From an uncultured Anaerolineaceae bacterium (GTDB taxonomy: Bacteria > Chloroflexota > Anaerolineae > JAAYZQ01), in the NCBI GenBank assembly GCA_964575225.1, contig CAZNQW010000004.1:1-50462 (forward strand): a stretch of DNA of 50,462 bases, in the 5' to 3' direction. The notes under the pieces are model-generated. The model saw only the letters and a program-made list of their open reading frames with translations. It was not told the origin of the DNA and ran no database searches. A program made the translations under genes and the position numbers. Of the stretch, positions 24,719 to 33,730 are shown in pieces (position 1 is the first letter of the stretch; every line of letters starts with the position of its first letter).

Positions 24719-26616
24719 ACCGCCAACTCGGCCCATTGCTCCAGATACTCGTGAAGCTGACCTTCCAGCTCGCCATACAGGGTGCTCAGCTCCACCAGGC
24801 GCATGCTCTGCCCCTTTTTCCCAGCCGCCGCAATCTCTTCTTGCAGAGCCTTGAGTTCCCCTTCCAGGCGATGGATCTCGGCCTCCATGTCGGCCACCCG
24901 CTGCTGCCGGGCTTCTTCTTCCCGCCGGGTGCGCTGTTCATTGCGGCGCGCCTGGCGCTGCTCCTGGGACCACTTTTCCTTACTCTGGCGGACCTCAGAC
25001 ACCTGCTCCTGTCGGGACCGCTCCTCCTGGTAGGCGGCCCAACTGCCTTGGAAAACCTCCAGATGCTGCTCCCCCGGATGGAGGACCCACAGTTGAGTGG
25101 CCAACCGGTCCACCAGGTAGCGATCGTGGGTGACCAGTAAGATGGTACCGGCAAAATCGCTCAACACCTCTTCCAGCACTTCCTGACTGGCGATGTCCAG
25201 ATGGTTGGTCGGCTCGTCGAGGAGGAGGAAATTGGCCCGCTGCAGCACGAGCTTGGCCAATGCCACCCGACTACGCTCCCCACCCGAGAGTTCGGCGTTC
25301 AACTTGAACACATCATCGCCGGTGAACAGGAACCGCGCCAGGAAATTGCGGGCGTCGCTCAGGTCCAAGTTCTTGACGGCCAGGATCTCGTCGAGAACGC
25401 TGCGGTCGGCCTGAAGATCGGTCCGCGCCTGGGCGTAATAACCCAACATCAAGCTCGCGCCCAATCTCACATAGCCGTCCAGGGGCGGCAGATCTCCCAA
25501 GATCGTCCGCAAGAAGGTGGTCTTGCCCGAGCCATTGGGACCCAAAAGGGCCACGCACTCTCCCCGCCGCAGGTCCAAGTCGGGGCTAAAAAACAGGGGA
25601 GATTCCCGATCATAGCCCACAATTAGGTCCTGGCTCCAGATCACTTTTTCCCCGCTGCGGAGCGGCTGGTCGAACCTCAGCTTGATGGTATGCTCTTCCA
25701 GGGGACGGTCGACCGCCTCGTCCCGTTTGAATCGCTCCAGGCGCTTGAGCCGGCCTTGCGCCTGGCGGGTGCGCTGCCCGGCCATGTACCGCCGGATATA
25801 GTCCTCTTCTTTGGCAATCAGCTCCTGCTGGGCGCGGTACTCCTTGAGCCGGCGTTCATAGCGTTCTTCCCGCTGTTGCAGGTAGTGGCTATAGTTTCCC
25901 GAATAGACTTCCAGGCGGCCAAAGGCCAGCTCCCACACCTTGTGCACCACCCGGTCCATAAAGTAGCGATCGTGGGCCACCAGGACCACCGTCCCTTCCC
26001 ATTTGTTCAGGTAACCTTCCAGCCATTCGATGGCCTGCAGGTCCAGGTGGTTCGTTGGCTCGTCCAAAAAGAGCATGTCGGGCGATTCCAACAGCAAGCG
26101 GGCCAGCACGGCTCGGGTCTGTTGTCCGCCGCTCAGATAGCTCAACGGGAGCTGGTGCTCGGAGGGATCGAACCCCAACCCCATGAGCACGTGCTTGGTT
26201 CGATCTTCGTAGGTATAGCCGCCGAGCAGATCGAACCGATCGCGCAGAGCGGCATAGGCCTCCATCGCCGTATCGGCGCGAGCGGGATCGGCCAATGCGG
26301 CCTCCAACTCTGCCAGGCGGCCTTCCATGGCCCGCAAGTCTTGAAAGGCCGTCATCATCTCTTGCCACAGCGTCCGCTCGCCCCCCAGCTTGGCCTCTTG
26401 CGCCAGAAAGCCGATGCGCAATCCTTTGGCGTGGTGGACGTGACCCGCAGAGGGCTCTTCCAGGCCCGCCAGGATATTCAACAGGGTCGTTTTGCCCGTG
26501 CCGTTGCGGCCCACCAGGGCGATACGGTCCCCGCGCGCCACACTGCACGAGACGTCCCAAAAGACATCCTGAGGATCGAACGATTTGGCCAGTTGTTCTG
26601 CAACAAGAATCGACAT
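24715..26616 (-). CDS. ABC-F family ATPase (two ABC cassettes, no TM domain, R/E-rich coiled-coil tail)
   Basis: The Walker A motifs are GRNGTGKTT and GPNGSGKTT. The signature motifs are LSGGQQTR and LSGGERSR. The start at 26616 was chosen because the candidate -10 box overlaps the upstream ATG at 26643. Confidence 0.9.
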   Translation of the reverse strand: MSILVAEQLAKSFDPQDVFWDVSCSVARGDRIALVGRNGTGKTTLLNILAGLEEPSAGHVHHAKGLRIGFLAQEAKLGGERTLWQEMMTAFQDLRAMEGRLAELEAALADPARADTAMEAYAALRDRFDLLGGYTYEDRTKHVLMGLGFDPSEHQLPLSYLSGGQQTRAVLARLLLESPDMLFLDEPTNHLDLQAIEWLEGYLNKWEGTVVLVAHDRYFMDRVVHKVWELAFGRLEVYSGNYSHYLQQREERYERRLKEYRAQQELIAKEEDYIRRYMAGQRTRQAQGRLKRLERFKRDEAVDRPLEEHTIKLRFDQPLRSGEKVIWSQDLIVGYDRESPLFFSPDLDLRRGECVALLGPNGSGKTTFLRTILGDLPPLDGYVRLGASLMLGYYAQARTDLQADRSVLDEILAVKNLDLSDARNFLARFLFTGDDVFKLNAELSGGERSRVALAKLVLQRANFLLLDEPTNHLDIASQEVLEEVLSDFAGTILLVTHDRYLVDRLATQLWVLHPGEQHLEVFQGSWAAYQEERSRQEQVSEVRQSKEKWSQEQRQARRNEQRTRREEEARQQRVADMEAEIHRLEGELKALQEEIAAAGKKGQSMRLVELSTLYGELEGQLHEYLEQWAELAV

Positions 26617-26641
26617 GGAAACCCACTCTCCAAACAGGGCC

Positions 26642-26671
26642 ATTATACCACATCGGTTTTTTTCGGACCAA
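26642..26671 (-). promoter_or_regulatory. Candidate promoter of the ABC-F/coaE unit (TTGGTC-18-TGgTATAAT)
   Basis: On the minus strand, -35 is at 26666-26671 and the extended -10 at 26642-26650. Confidence 0.4.
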
Positions 26672-26795
26672 CTCTGTCGGCACCGAAATCAGAACTTGCT
26701 CCCCCGACCAGAACGGGATATACTGATTGCGCGGCATGTCCCCGGTCTGGAATCGTCGTCCGCCTGCCGCCTTATCCCACCGCAAGGAGGCGTCC

Positions 26796-27629
26796 ATGAA
26801 CCACTCAGAAGGAACGTTTCAAGGACAGCAAGGCACCGAGCTGTACTACCAAGGGTGGCGCCCTGAGGGAGCACCCAAAGCGACCCTGGCCATTGTCCAC
26901 GGCTTTGGCGAACACAGCGGCCGCTATGGCAACGTCGTCGACTGGTACGTGCCCCGTGGATTCGGCGTCTATGCCTTTGATCTGCGCGGGCACGGTCGCT
27001 CGCCGGGCAAGCGGGGATACGTCGACAGCTTTGCCCAGGTGCGCGACGACGTCAGCGCCTTTCTGGATCGAGTGCGCCAGGCCGAGCCCGACTGCCCCCT
27101 CTTTCTGGTCGGCCACAGCATGGGCGGGCTGATTGTGCTCAATTATGTGCTACACCGTCCGGCCGACCTGGCAGGCGTTATCGCCTCAGGCCCTTTGCTC
27201 TGCCCGCCCGAGGTGCCCCCTCTTCTGTGGAGCATCTCCAGACTCCTCTCCGCCCTTGTGCCCAGCATGGTGGTCCGCGACGGCCTGGATGCCACCGCCA
27301 TTTCCCGCGATCAGGCCGTGGTCGATGCCTATGTCCACGATCCTCTCGTCCACGGCAAAGCCACGGCGCGGCTGGGGACCGAAATCGCTGCGGCCATCGA
27401 CTGGACCCAGGCCCATGCTCCAGAGCTGAACCTGCCCCTGTTGATTGTGCACGGCACCGCCGATAGGCTATGCCCGGCCCACGCCAGCAAGACCTTTTTC
27501 GACCACGTCGGGTATGCGGACAAGGAGCGGATCGAATACCCCGGCTACTTTCACGAGGTCTTTAACGAGCCGGGCAAGGAACAGGTCTTTCAAGACATGG
27601 AGCACTGGATCGAACAGCACACGCGATAG
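26796..27629 (+). CDS. Alpha/beta hydrolase (monoacylglycerol lipase / lysophospholipase-like)
   Basis: HGFGEHSGRY and the nucleophile elbow GHSMGG, plus IVHGTADRL. An AAGGAGG SD sits 5 nt before the ATG at 26796. Confidence 0.85.
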   Translation: MNHSEGTFQGQQGTELYYQGWRPEGAPKATLAIVHGFGEHSGRYGNVVDWYVPRGFGVYAFDLRGHGRSPGKRGYVDSFAQVRDDVSAFLDRVRQAEPDCPLFLVGHSMGGLIVLNYVLHRPADLAGVIASGPLLCPPEVPPLLWSISRLLSALVPSMVVRDGLDATAISRDQAVVDAYVHDPLVHGKATARLGTEIAAAIDWTQAHAPELNLPLLIVHGTADRLCPAHASKTFFDHVGYADKERIEYPGYFHEVFNEPGKEQVFQDMEHWIEQHTR

Positions 27630-27659
27630 CCGGAGCACATTCCACAGGATAGGAGAGTC

Positions 27660-28751
27660 ATGAAAATACTGGCCATTGACATCGGTACCGGCACCCAGGA
27701 CATTCTACTGTACGACACCGATAAAGAACCCGAGAACGCCCTGAAAATGGTCATGCCGTCGCCGACGGCCTGGCTGTCGCAACAGATCCGCCAGGCCACT
27801 CAATCCGGTGAGCCCCTGCTCCTGACCGGGGTGACCATGGGGGGCGGCCCCTGTGGTTGGGCCGCCCGCGATCACCTCAAAGCCGGGCATGCCCTGTACG
27901 CAACGCCCGATGCGGCCCGCACTTTTAATGACGACCTCGATGAGGTGGCAGCCATGGGGGTCCACATCGTCAGCGACGAGGAAACCGCAAGCCTGCGCGG
28001 TGTTCGCCGGCTGACCATGCGAGACCTGGACTATGCGGCCCTGGCACGCGCCTTTGAGGCCTTTGGCGTCGACCTGAACGACGCCGACGTCCTCGCGCTG
28101 GCGGTCTTTGACCACGGCGCCGCGCCGCCCGGCGTCAGCGACCGGCAGTTCCGCTTCGAGTACCTGGCCCAGCGCATTCACGCCGGCGCCGGACTGGCCG
28201 GCTTTGCCTTTGCCCGGGATCAAATCCCACCCAGCATGACGCGCATGCAAGCCGTCGCCTTGAGCGCGCCCAAGGACCGACTCGTCCTGGCCATGGACAC
28301 GGCGCCGGCCGCCGTCCTGGGCGCGCTGGAAGACCCTCGCGTCCGCCAGCAGGCTCACGCCATCGTGGCCAACGTGGGTAACCTTCACACCCTGGCCTTT
28401 CACCTAAAAAACGGCGCGATTGCCGGCCTGTTCGAACATCACACCGGCCTGCTGAACCAGGCCAAACTGGAGGGATTGCTGGCCCAACTGGCGGCCGGTA
28501 CCCTGTCCCACAAAGAACTCTTTGCCGACCGCGGCCACGGCGCCCTGATCCTCGATCCGGCCCCCTCTCCTCTCGAGTTCGTATCCGTCACCGGGCCGCG
28601 GCGGAGCCTGATGGTCGGGTCGGCCCTGCGCCCCTATCTGGCCGTACCCCACGGCGATATGATGATGGCCGGCTGCTGGGGACTGGTGCGCGCCTGTGCT
28701 CAGGTATTCCCCTGGACGGCCCCGACCATCCAGCAGGCCCTGGGCGCCTGA
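27660..28751 (+). CDS. ASKHA/actin-like ATPase-fold protein of unknown function (DUF1786-like, from memory)
   Basis: The N-terminal MKILAIDIGTGTQDILLYD is a phosphate-1 motif. 363 aa with no TM segment. Confidence 0.5.
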   Translation: MKILAIDIGTGTQDILLYDTDKEPENALKMVMPSPTAWLSQQIRQATQSGEPLLLTGVTMGGGPCGWAARDHLKAGHALYATPDAARTFNDDLDEVAAMGVHIVSDEETASLRGVRRLTMRDLDYAALARAFEAFGVDLNDADVLALAVFDHGAAPPGVSDRQFRFEYLAQRIHAGAGLAGFAFARDQIPPSMTRMQAVALSAPKDRLVLAMDTAPAAVLGALEDPRVRQQAHAIVANVGNLHTLAFHLKNGAIAGLFEHHTGLLNQAKLEGLLAQLAAGTLSHKELFADRGHGALILDPAPSPLEFVSVTGPRRSLMVGSALRPYLAVPHGDMMMAGCWGLVRACAQVFPWTAPTIQQALGA

Positions 28752-28951
28752 ACCGCTTCAAACAGGGTTGGGCCATCAACCTCCCGTCAACCGATTGGTT
28801 CGGTCCATATCAATAGTTATTGTAAGGCAAAAGAAGAAACGTTTTCTACACATTGTGCATTCTGGTTTACTATGGCATACACGACATCACGTCGCCTGCC
28901 GGGGCGGCTACTGTGGGGAAACTTGCCACAGACGCATAGAGAGGATATTGC

Positions 28952-29815
28952 ATGAACCGAAAATGGTACATATTGCTGGTTCTGTTGCTCTTTTTGCCGG
29001 TCCTGGCTTGTGGAGGGGACGACGCCACCCCCACACCCATCGTCATCATCGTCACACCGCCCCCGGGCCAACCCGAGTCGCCGACCGAAGCCGCCCCGCC
29101 ACCTGCACCGGCTGGCGCGATCGAGATCCTGGAGGCAAACTTTGCCCACGGACTGAGTGAAGAGATGCAGGCCGTCGACCCCGGCTCCGAGTTTCAGCCC
29201 GATGAAACTGTCTACCTGTCCCTGACGATCAAGGGCAGGCCCAAAGAGGGCGCCGTGACCGCCCGGTTCTATTGGGACGAGGTCTATATCGCCGAGGCCA
29301 GCATCGACCTGGCCGATGTCAACAGCGGATTGCTGTTCTCCATCGGCGAAAACACCTATGCGGGCTATACCCTGACCCACGAGCAACCCTTTCCCGTCGG
29401 AGACGGCTACCGCGCCGACCTGTTTTACAACGACCAGGCCCTGGGTTCCTATCCCTTCCGCGTCGTTCCCCCCGCAGATGCGATCGCCACCGTCATCAAT
29501 TCGGTTACCCTGGCCCGCGGCGCCGACGAGGACTATAACCCCATCGAGCCCACCACCCAGTTCGGGGCCGCCGACACCGTCTACCTCGTGGGGAAGGGAG
29601 ATCTGGGCCTGGCCACCTTGCTCCAGGCCGACTGGTTTGTCAGCGGCCAGCTCGATGAAGCGGGGACTCGAAGACTCACCCTGGATAAAAATATCGAGGA
29701 TGCGGGTTTTGCCTTCTCCTTCGTACCAGAGGGGGGATGGCCGACCGGAGCACATTTGGTGGTATTGACCGTCAACAACCAGGAAATCGGGCGGTATTCT
29801 TTCACCACCCAATAG
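28952..29815 (+). CDS. Secreted lipoprotein with two tandem beta-sandwich-like repeats
   Basis: The signal peptide plus lipobox is LLLFLPVLAC-GG. A Pro-rich linker follows. The two ~110-aa repeats share P..F.PD(E/D)TVYL ... G.Y.F patterns. Confidence 0.65.
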   Translation: MNRKWYILLVLLLFLPVLACGGDDATPTPIVIIVTPPPGQPESPTEAAPPPAPAGAIEILEANFAHGLSEEMQAVDPGSEFQPDETVYLSLTIKGRPKEGAVTARFYWDEVYIAEASIDLADVNSGLLFSIGENTYAGYTLTHEQPFPVGDGYRADLFYNDQALGSYPFRVVPPADAIATVINSVTLARGADEDYNPIEPTTQFGAADTVYLVGKGDLGLATLLQADWFVSGQLDEAGTRRLTLDKNIEDAGFAFSFVPEGGWPTGAHLVVLTVNNQEIGRYSFTTQ

Positions 29816-29895
29816 GGCATTGCCCACTCCCTGCCGTTCCGATCCACAACCTGGCTTCCCGCGGACCTACTCTGCGGGAAGCTCTGGTTTGCCGT

Positions 29896-30729
29896 TTACT
29901 CTACTCCTGTTTCACGACCCGAGTTTCGCCGCTGGCGCAGGATTTCAAAGACCATCGCGGCGGTCGCTGCCGAAACGTTGAGGGACGTGGCTCGCCCCCC
30001 CATCGGCAACCGAACGGTCACGTCGGCCTCGGCGCGGAGTTGGGGCGGCAGACCTCTCTGCTCGTTGCCGATCAACAGGGCCAACGGCCCATCATAGTCG
30101 ACGTCATAATAGACCTGCTCGCCGTGGGCCGATGAGGCCACCACCCGAACGGGCAAGCCGGCCGATCGCAGGCTCGCGACCCAGGGCGCTAACATCGCCT
30201 CCTCCATTATCCGCACAATGGGCAGTGCATAAAGGGAACCCATGGTCGCCCGCACCGTCAACGGGCCATAGAGGTCCGCCGACGGTTCGACAATAACCAC
30301 AGCCGTGGCCAGGGCCGCGTCGGCGGTCCGGATGACGGAACCCAGGTTCCCAGGGTCGCGCAATTGAACGGCGACCAAGACCAACAGGTCGGGCGAAAGG
30401 GGGAGTTCCTGCAGGGTCGGTTCTTGGATCCGCATCACAGCGGCGATGCCCTGGGGTTGATCGCGGTCCGAAAGGGTGGCAAAGACCTCGGCAGCCAACA
30501 CCAGCCGTCGCGCCGGCTCCACGCGTTCGACAAGCGCCTGAGCCCGCTCGCTCACCAGGAGGTCAGGCGCATAGACCAACGTCTCCAGAGGGGCGCCCAG
30601 GTCCAGCGCCTCGTTGACGATGCGAATGCCCTCGATGAGGTACTGGCCCTCTCGCGTCCGGTGCTTGCGCTGTCGCAGCGCGCGCAGGGCTTTGACCCTT
30701 GGATTTTGAGTACTGGTGATCCGATCCAT
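29896..30729 (-). CDS. TrmH/SpoU-family RNA 2'-O-methyltransferase
   Basis: The N-terminal region is NPRVKALRALRQRKHR..EGQYLIEG. The SpoU motifs are LLIGNEQRGL and LPMGGRATSLNVSAATAAMVFE. The start at MDRIT (30729) avoids overlap with the upstream gene. Confidence 0.85.
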   Translation of the reverse strand: MDRITSTQNPRVKALRALRQRKHRTREGQYLIEGIRIVNEALDLGAPLETLVYAPDLLVSERAQALVERVEPARRLVLAAEVFATLSDRDQPQGIAAVMRIQEPTLQELPLSPDLLVLVAVQLRDPGNLGSVIRTADAALATAVVIVEPSADLYGPLTVRATMGSLYALPIVRIMEEAMLAPWVASLRSAGLPVRVVASSAHGEQVYYDVDYDGPLALLIGNEQRGLPPQLRAEADVTVRLPMGGRATSLNVSAATAAMVFEILRQRRNSGRETGVE

Positions 30730-30740
30730 CCCCTGTGTGC

Positions 30741-32291
30741 CTAACGGATCGGAATGCCGTTGAAATCGTCCCGCTCGCGGCACTCACAGGCCGTTCGTTG
30801 CTCGTCGCCGCGCGAGGCCGTCCCCTCGTAGCTCTCGCCGCTAGAGTGGAACTGCCAGCCGGACAGGACCAGCGGCAGCGGCCCATCGGCAGCAATCCAT
30901 TCGCCGTTGAATTTGCGGGCTATATGCAAGTGAGTCGCTTCGGTATACCCACCCTCGCACGAAGGATAGCCGATGGGATCCCCTTCTTTGACCCGGGTAT
31001 CGACGGCCACCCTCCCCTCCGAGGCGATGTGCAGGTAAAAGATCACCCAGCCTGTCTGCTCGTACCCGTCTCCGTCCAGATCGAGCATCACTTCGCCATC
31101 CCGGCTGTACGTGATCAGGCCGGGAGCCACAGCCCGGGCCGGGTTCGAGGCCCGTTGGCAGCCCAGGTATCCCTCGTTGGGGTCAAAATCGATCGCCGAC
31201 CAGGCGCCGCCATCGCCCCACCCACCGTGAGGGCCGCCCGAATAGAGCCAGAGCTGCCCCTTGGCATAAGGCAGGCTCATCTCTGGGACCACCGTATTGG
31301 CCGGCACCAGGGGCTCGATGGCATATTGGCCTGGGTCGCCGAACAGCCGGCGATAGGTTTCGTAAAAGCTCCCCGGGCCGTTGCCAATATCGGCATCCCA
31401 TTGGGTTTTGGTGGCATCCAGGGCAAAAAAGTATTGGAGCCCGGCCGTAGCCGCGTTCAACGTGGGCGCATACCGGGTAGCGGTGCCATCGCTCCACACC
31501 TTGAGACCCATCCCCCGTCCTCGCCAGTCATAATATCCCTGATTCAACCGATCGCTGGCCCAGGTGAGCTGGAGGTTTAGCGACTCCCAACCACCGCCCA
31601 TGTAGCCCATCGGATAGGCCAGCGCGTTGCCAGCGGGGCTGGGGTTGGTCACCCAGCCGCTCCGCATCTCGAGGACGGTCAACAGCAGGCGCGGGCCGAC
31701 GCTGTAATGATGCGCTGCCAGGATCACGATCTCGGCGCCGGTCAAAAGCTCGCCCCCGACGTTTTCCTGGTACACCGACAAATAGCCCCCTTGCCGGGCC
31801 ACGTAGGCCGCCACATCAAAGTTCACATAGGCCGGGCCATACACAAACTCGCTGTTGGGCAAAAGAATGAGATCGGGGCCGACGTCAACCTGGGTTGACG
31901 GGATCTGCAATTCCTGGCCCACCTGCAAGGCATTGGGGTTGGCAATCTGGTTGTTTTTGACCAGTGCGTCGACGGTGGTGCCAAAGCGAGCCGCTATGGC
32001 GCTCAAGGTATCGCCGCTAGCCACCGTGTAGCTCTGCGACTCTGTGCCAGAGCCAGAAGCCGTCGAGCCCACGTCCGGGATATCCCTCAATTCCACCGTC
32101 GGCGAAGGAGAGCCTTGATCCGCAGCCGTCTTGGCAGAACCGGCACCTTCGGGCATAAGAGGATCGGGGGTGGGATCTCGCTCGCGAGAACAGGCAGAAG
32201 GCACGATCGCGAGCAGAAACAGGAGAAGAACAATGTAAGAAATCTCTCTGTTTTTCACCATAATCCTATCCTTAGCTCTGGTTCTCATCAT
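30741..32291 (-). CDS. LysM-domain M23 metallopeptidase (lipoprotein-type signal)
   Basis: The signal and lipobox are LLFLLAIVPSAC. The LysM domain is YTVASGDTLSAIAARFGTTVDALVKNNQIANPNALQVGQELQIP. The M23 HxH region is ATHLHIA. Confidence 0.8.
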   Translation of the reverse strand: MMRTRAKDRIMVKNREISYIVLLLFLLAIVPSACSRERDPTPDPLMPEGAGSAKTAADQGSPSPTVELRDIPDVGSTASGSGTESQSYTVASGDTLSAIAARFGTTVDALVKNNQIANPNALQVGQELQIPSTQVDVGPDLILLPNSEFVYGPAYVNFDVAAYVARQGGYLSVYQENVGGELLTGAEIVILAAHHYSVGPRLLLTVLEMRSGWVTNPSPAGNALAYPMGYMGGGWESLNLQLTWASDRLNQGYYDWRGRGMGLKVWSDGTATRYAPTLNAATAGLQYFFALDATKTQWDADIGNGPGSFYETYRRLFGDPGQYAIEPLVPANTVVPEMSLPYAKGQLWLYSGGPHGGWGDGGAWSAIDFDPNEGYLGCQRASNPARAVAPGLITYSRDGEVMLDLDGDGYEQTGWVIFYLHIASEGRVAVDTRVKEGDPIGYPSCEGGYTEATHLHIARKFNGEWIAADGPLPLVLSGWQFHSSGESYEGTASRGDEQRTACECRERDDFNGIPIR

Positions 32292-32414
32292 TTGACAATT
32301 CTATTATACCACACTTTTGTTTATTTGGACAAATCGGAACCCCACTTTCCGAAAAAATCCTGGCCCACAGGGCGCCTGCCGTTGTGGATTCCAAAGATGA
32401 CGCCCTCGAGATTG

Positions 32415-32568
32415 CAGGGCTGTTGCATTGTCTCTTGACCGATGTGATTTGGTTGGGCTCCGCGCCCCGTCCTCGGGGCGCGGTGGTCTGCCAGGTGTGC
32501 AGGCCGCCCCCGAGACGGGGGCGGCGAGCTCCAAACTAGATTGACTGGCCGACTATGCAACAGCCCTA
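32415..32568. mobile_element. 154-bp MITE-like element, copy 2 (inverted relative to copy 1; 10-bp TSD ctcgagattg at 32405-32414 and 32569-32578)
   Basis: It differs from copy 1 by one mismatch in 154 bp (copy 1 position 9364). Its flanking direct repeat is perfect and differs from that of copy 1. Confidence 0.85.
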
Positions 32569-32589
32569 CTCGAGATTGAAATCGTTCTC

Positions 32590-32618
32590 TTGACATTCAT
32601 GACGCAGTGTGTTATACT
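32590..32618 (+). promoter_or_regulatory. Promoter of the phasin-like gene (TTGACA-17-TATACT)
   Basis: -35 at 32590-32595 and -10 at 32613-32618. It starts 12 bp from the MITE target-site duplication. Confidence 0.55.
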
Positions 32619-32683
32619 CATTTTATGATGCAATGCGTCATTTCTCAACAAGCCTGAACGCAAAACAAATGGGAGGTGCAACG

Positions 32684-33052
32684 ATGGGCAAGGAGGTCAA
32701 AGTGGTCGTAGAAGAGCCAACCGAACAGACCGAAAGCAATCCGCTCATGGGGATGATCCGTCGGCTGATGTTGGCCGGCATGGGCGCCATGGCGCTCACC
32801 CAGGACGAAGTGGAAAAGCTCGTCAACCGGTTGATCGATCGTGGCGAAATTGCCGAACAGGACGGCAAAAAGCTGGTACGTGAGGTCATGGAAAAGCGCA
32901 GGAGCGAAAGCATCCGGGTCGAGGACCAACTCGACAAACGAATTGAGGAACTGCTGGCCCGCATGAACGTGCCCACCAAGAGCGACCTTGACGCCCTCAG
33001 CGCCAAGATCACGGCGCTTGGCAAAAAGCTCGACGAACTCAAGAACCCGTAG
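32684..33052 (+). CDS. Phasin-like / PHA granule-associated coiled-coil protein
   Basis: The sequence LAGMGAMALTQDEVEKLVNRLIDRGEIAEQDGKKLVREVMEK...VPTKSDLDALSAKITALGKKLDEL is phasin-like. A GGGAGGTG SD precedes the ATG at 32684. Confidence 0.55.
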   Translation: MGKEVKVVVEEPTEQTESNPLMGMIRRLMLAGMGAMALTQDEVEKLVNRLIDRGEIAEQDGKKLVREVMEKRRSESIRVEDQLDKRIEELLARMNVPTKSDLDALSAKITALGKKLDELKNP

Positions 33053-33138
33053 CGCCCAACCCTGGGGGGGAGGCGAAGGTTCTCGACGCCTCCCCCACTG
33101 CTCTGCCAGCCTGCTGCCGCCGCACGGAGAGCCCGCCC

Positions 33139-33714
33139 ATGCCGGTCATCAAACGCTATCCCAATCGCAAACTGTACGACACACAGGAAAAGCGGTACAT
33201 CACCCTGGAGGGCATCGCCGACCTGATCCGCCTGGGCCACACAGTCCAGGTCCTGGATCATGCAACCGGCGAGGATCTGACTGCCGTCACCCTGACCCAG
33301 ATCATTTTTGAGCAGGAAAAAAAGCGCAGGGGGTTTGTACCCCAAAGCATCTTGGCCGGCCTCATCCAGTCGGGAGGACAGACCATGGGCGCGCTGCGGC
33401 GCACCCTGGCTTCACCCTTGGAACTGGCGCGCCACGTCGACGACGAGATCGAGCGGCGCGTTCAATCCCTCATTGTCCGGGGCGAAATGGCTGCGGAAGA
33501 AGGAATTCGTCTCATGGACGGTCTGCTGAGCCAGCATGCCGGGGACCGGGACGCGTGGAACGCGCCCGGCGACGCTGCGCTGCAAGAGGCGCTGGAGGGA
33601 GCCCTGCAAGAACATGGAGTGCCCACACGCCACGACCTCGAGCCGCTCTTTGATCAAATCGACGCTCTGGCGCAAAAGCTGGATGAGATGGCCGATTCTC
33701 TGCAGGGAGACTGA
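33139..33714 (+). CDS. phaR: PhaR-type polyhydroxyalkanoate synthesis repressor
   Basis: The N-terminal signature is MPVIKRYPNRKLYDTQEKRYITLEGIADLIR...VTLTQIIFEQEKK. Confidence 0.8.
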   Translation: MPVIKRYPNRKLYDTQEKRYITLEGIADLIRLGHTVQVLDHATGEDLTAVTLTQIIFEQEKKRRGFVPQSILAGLIQSGGQTMGALRRTLASPLELARHVDDEIERRVQSLIVRGEMAAEEGIRLMDGLLSQHAGDRDAWNAPGDAALQEALEGALQEHGVPTRHDLEPLFDQIDALAQKLDEMADSLQGD

Positions 33715-33730
33715 GGGCCCGTCAGGGGGT

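Noticed and set aside
9351-32568. The two inverted MITE copies bracket about 23 kb, which could suggest a composite transposon or an invertible segment.
   Set aside because: Each copy has its own perfect and different 10-bp target-site duplication (cgcgtcgatc versus ctcgagattg). These are therefore independent insertions. The enclosed genes (rplS, rnhB, holA, nth, coaE) are core housekeeping genes.
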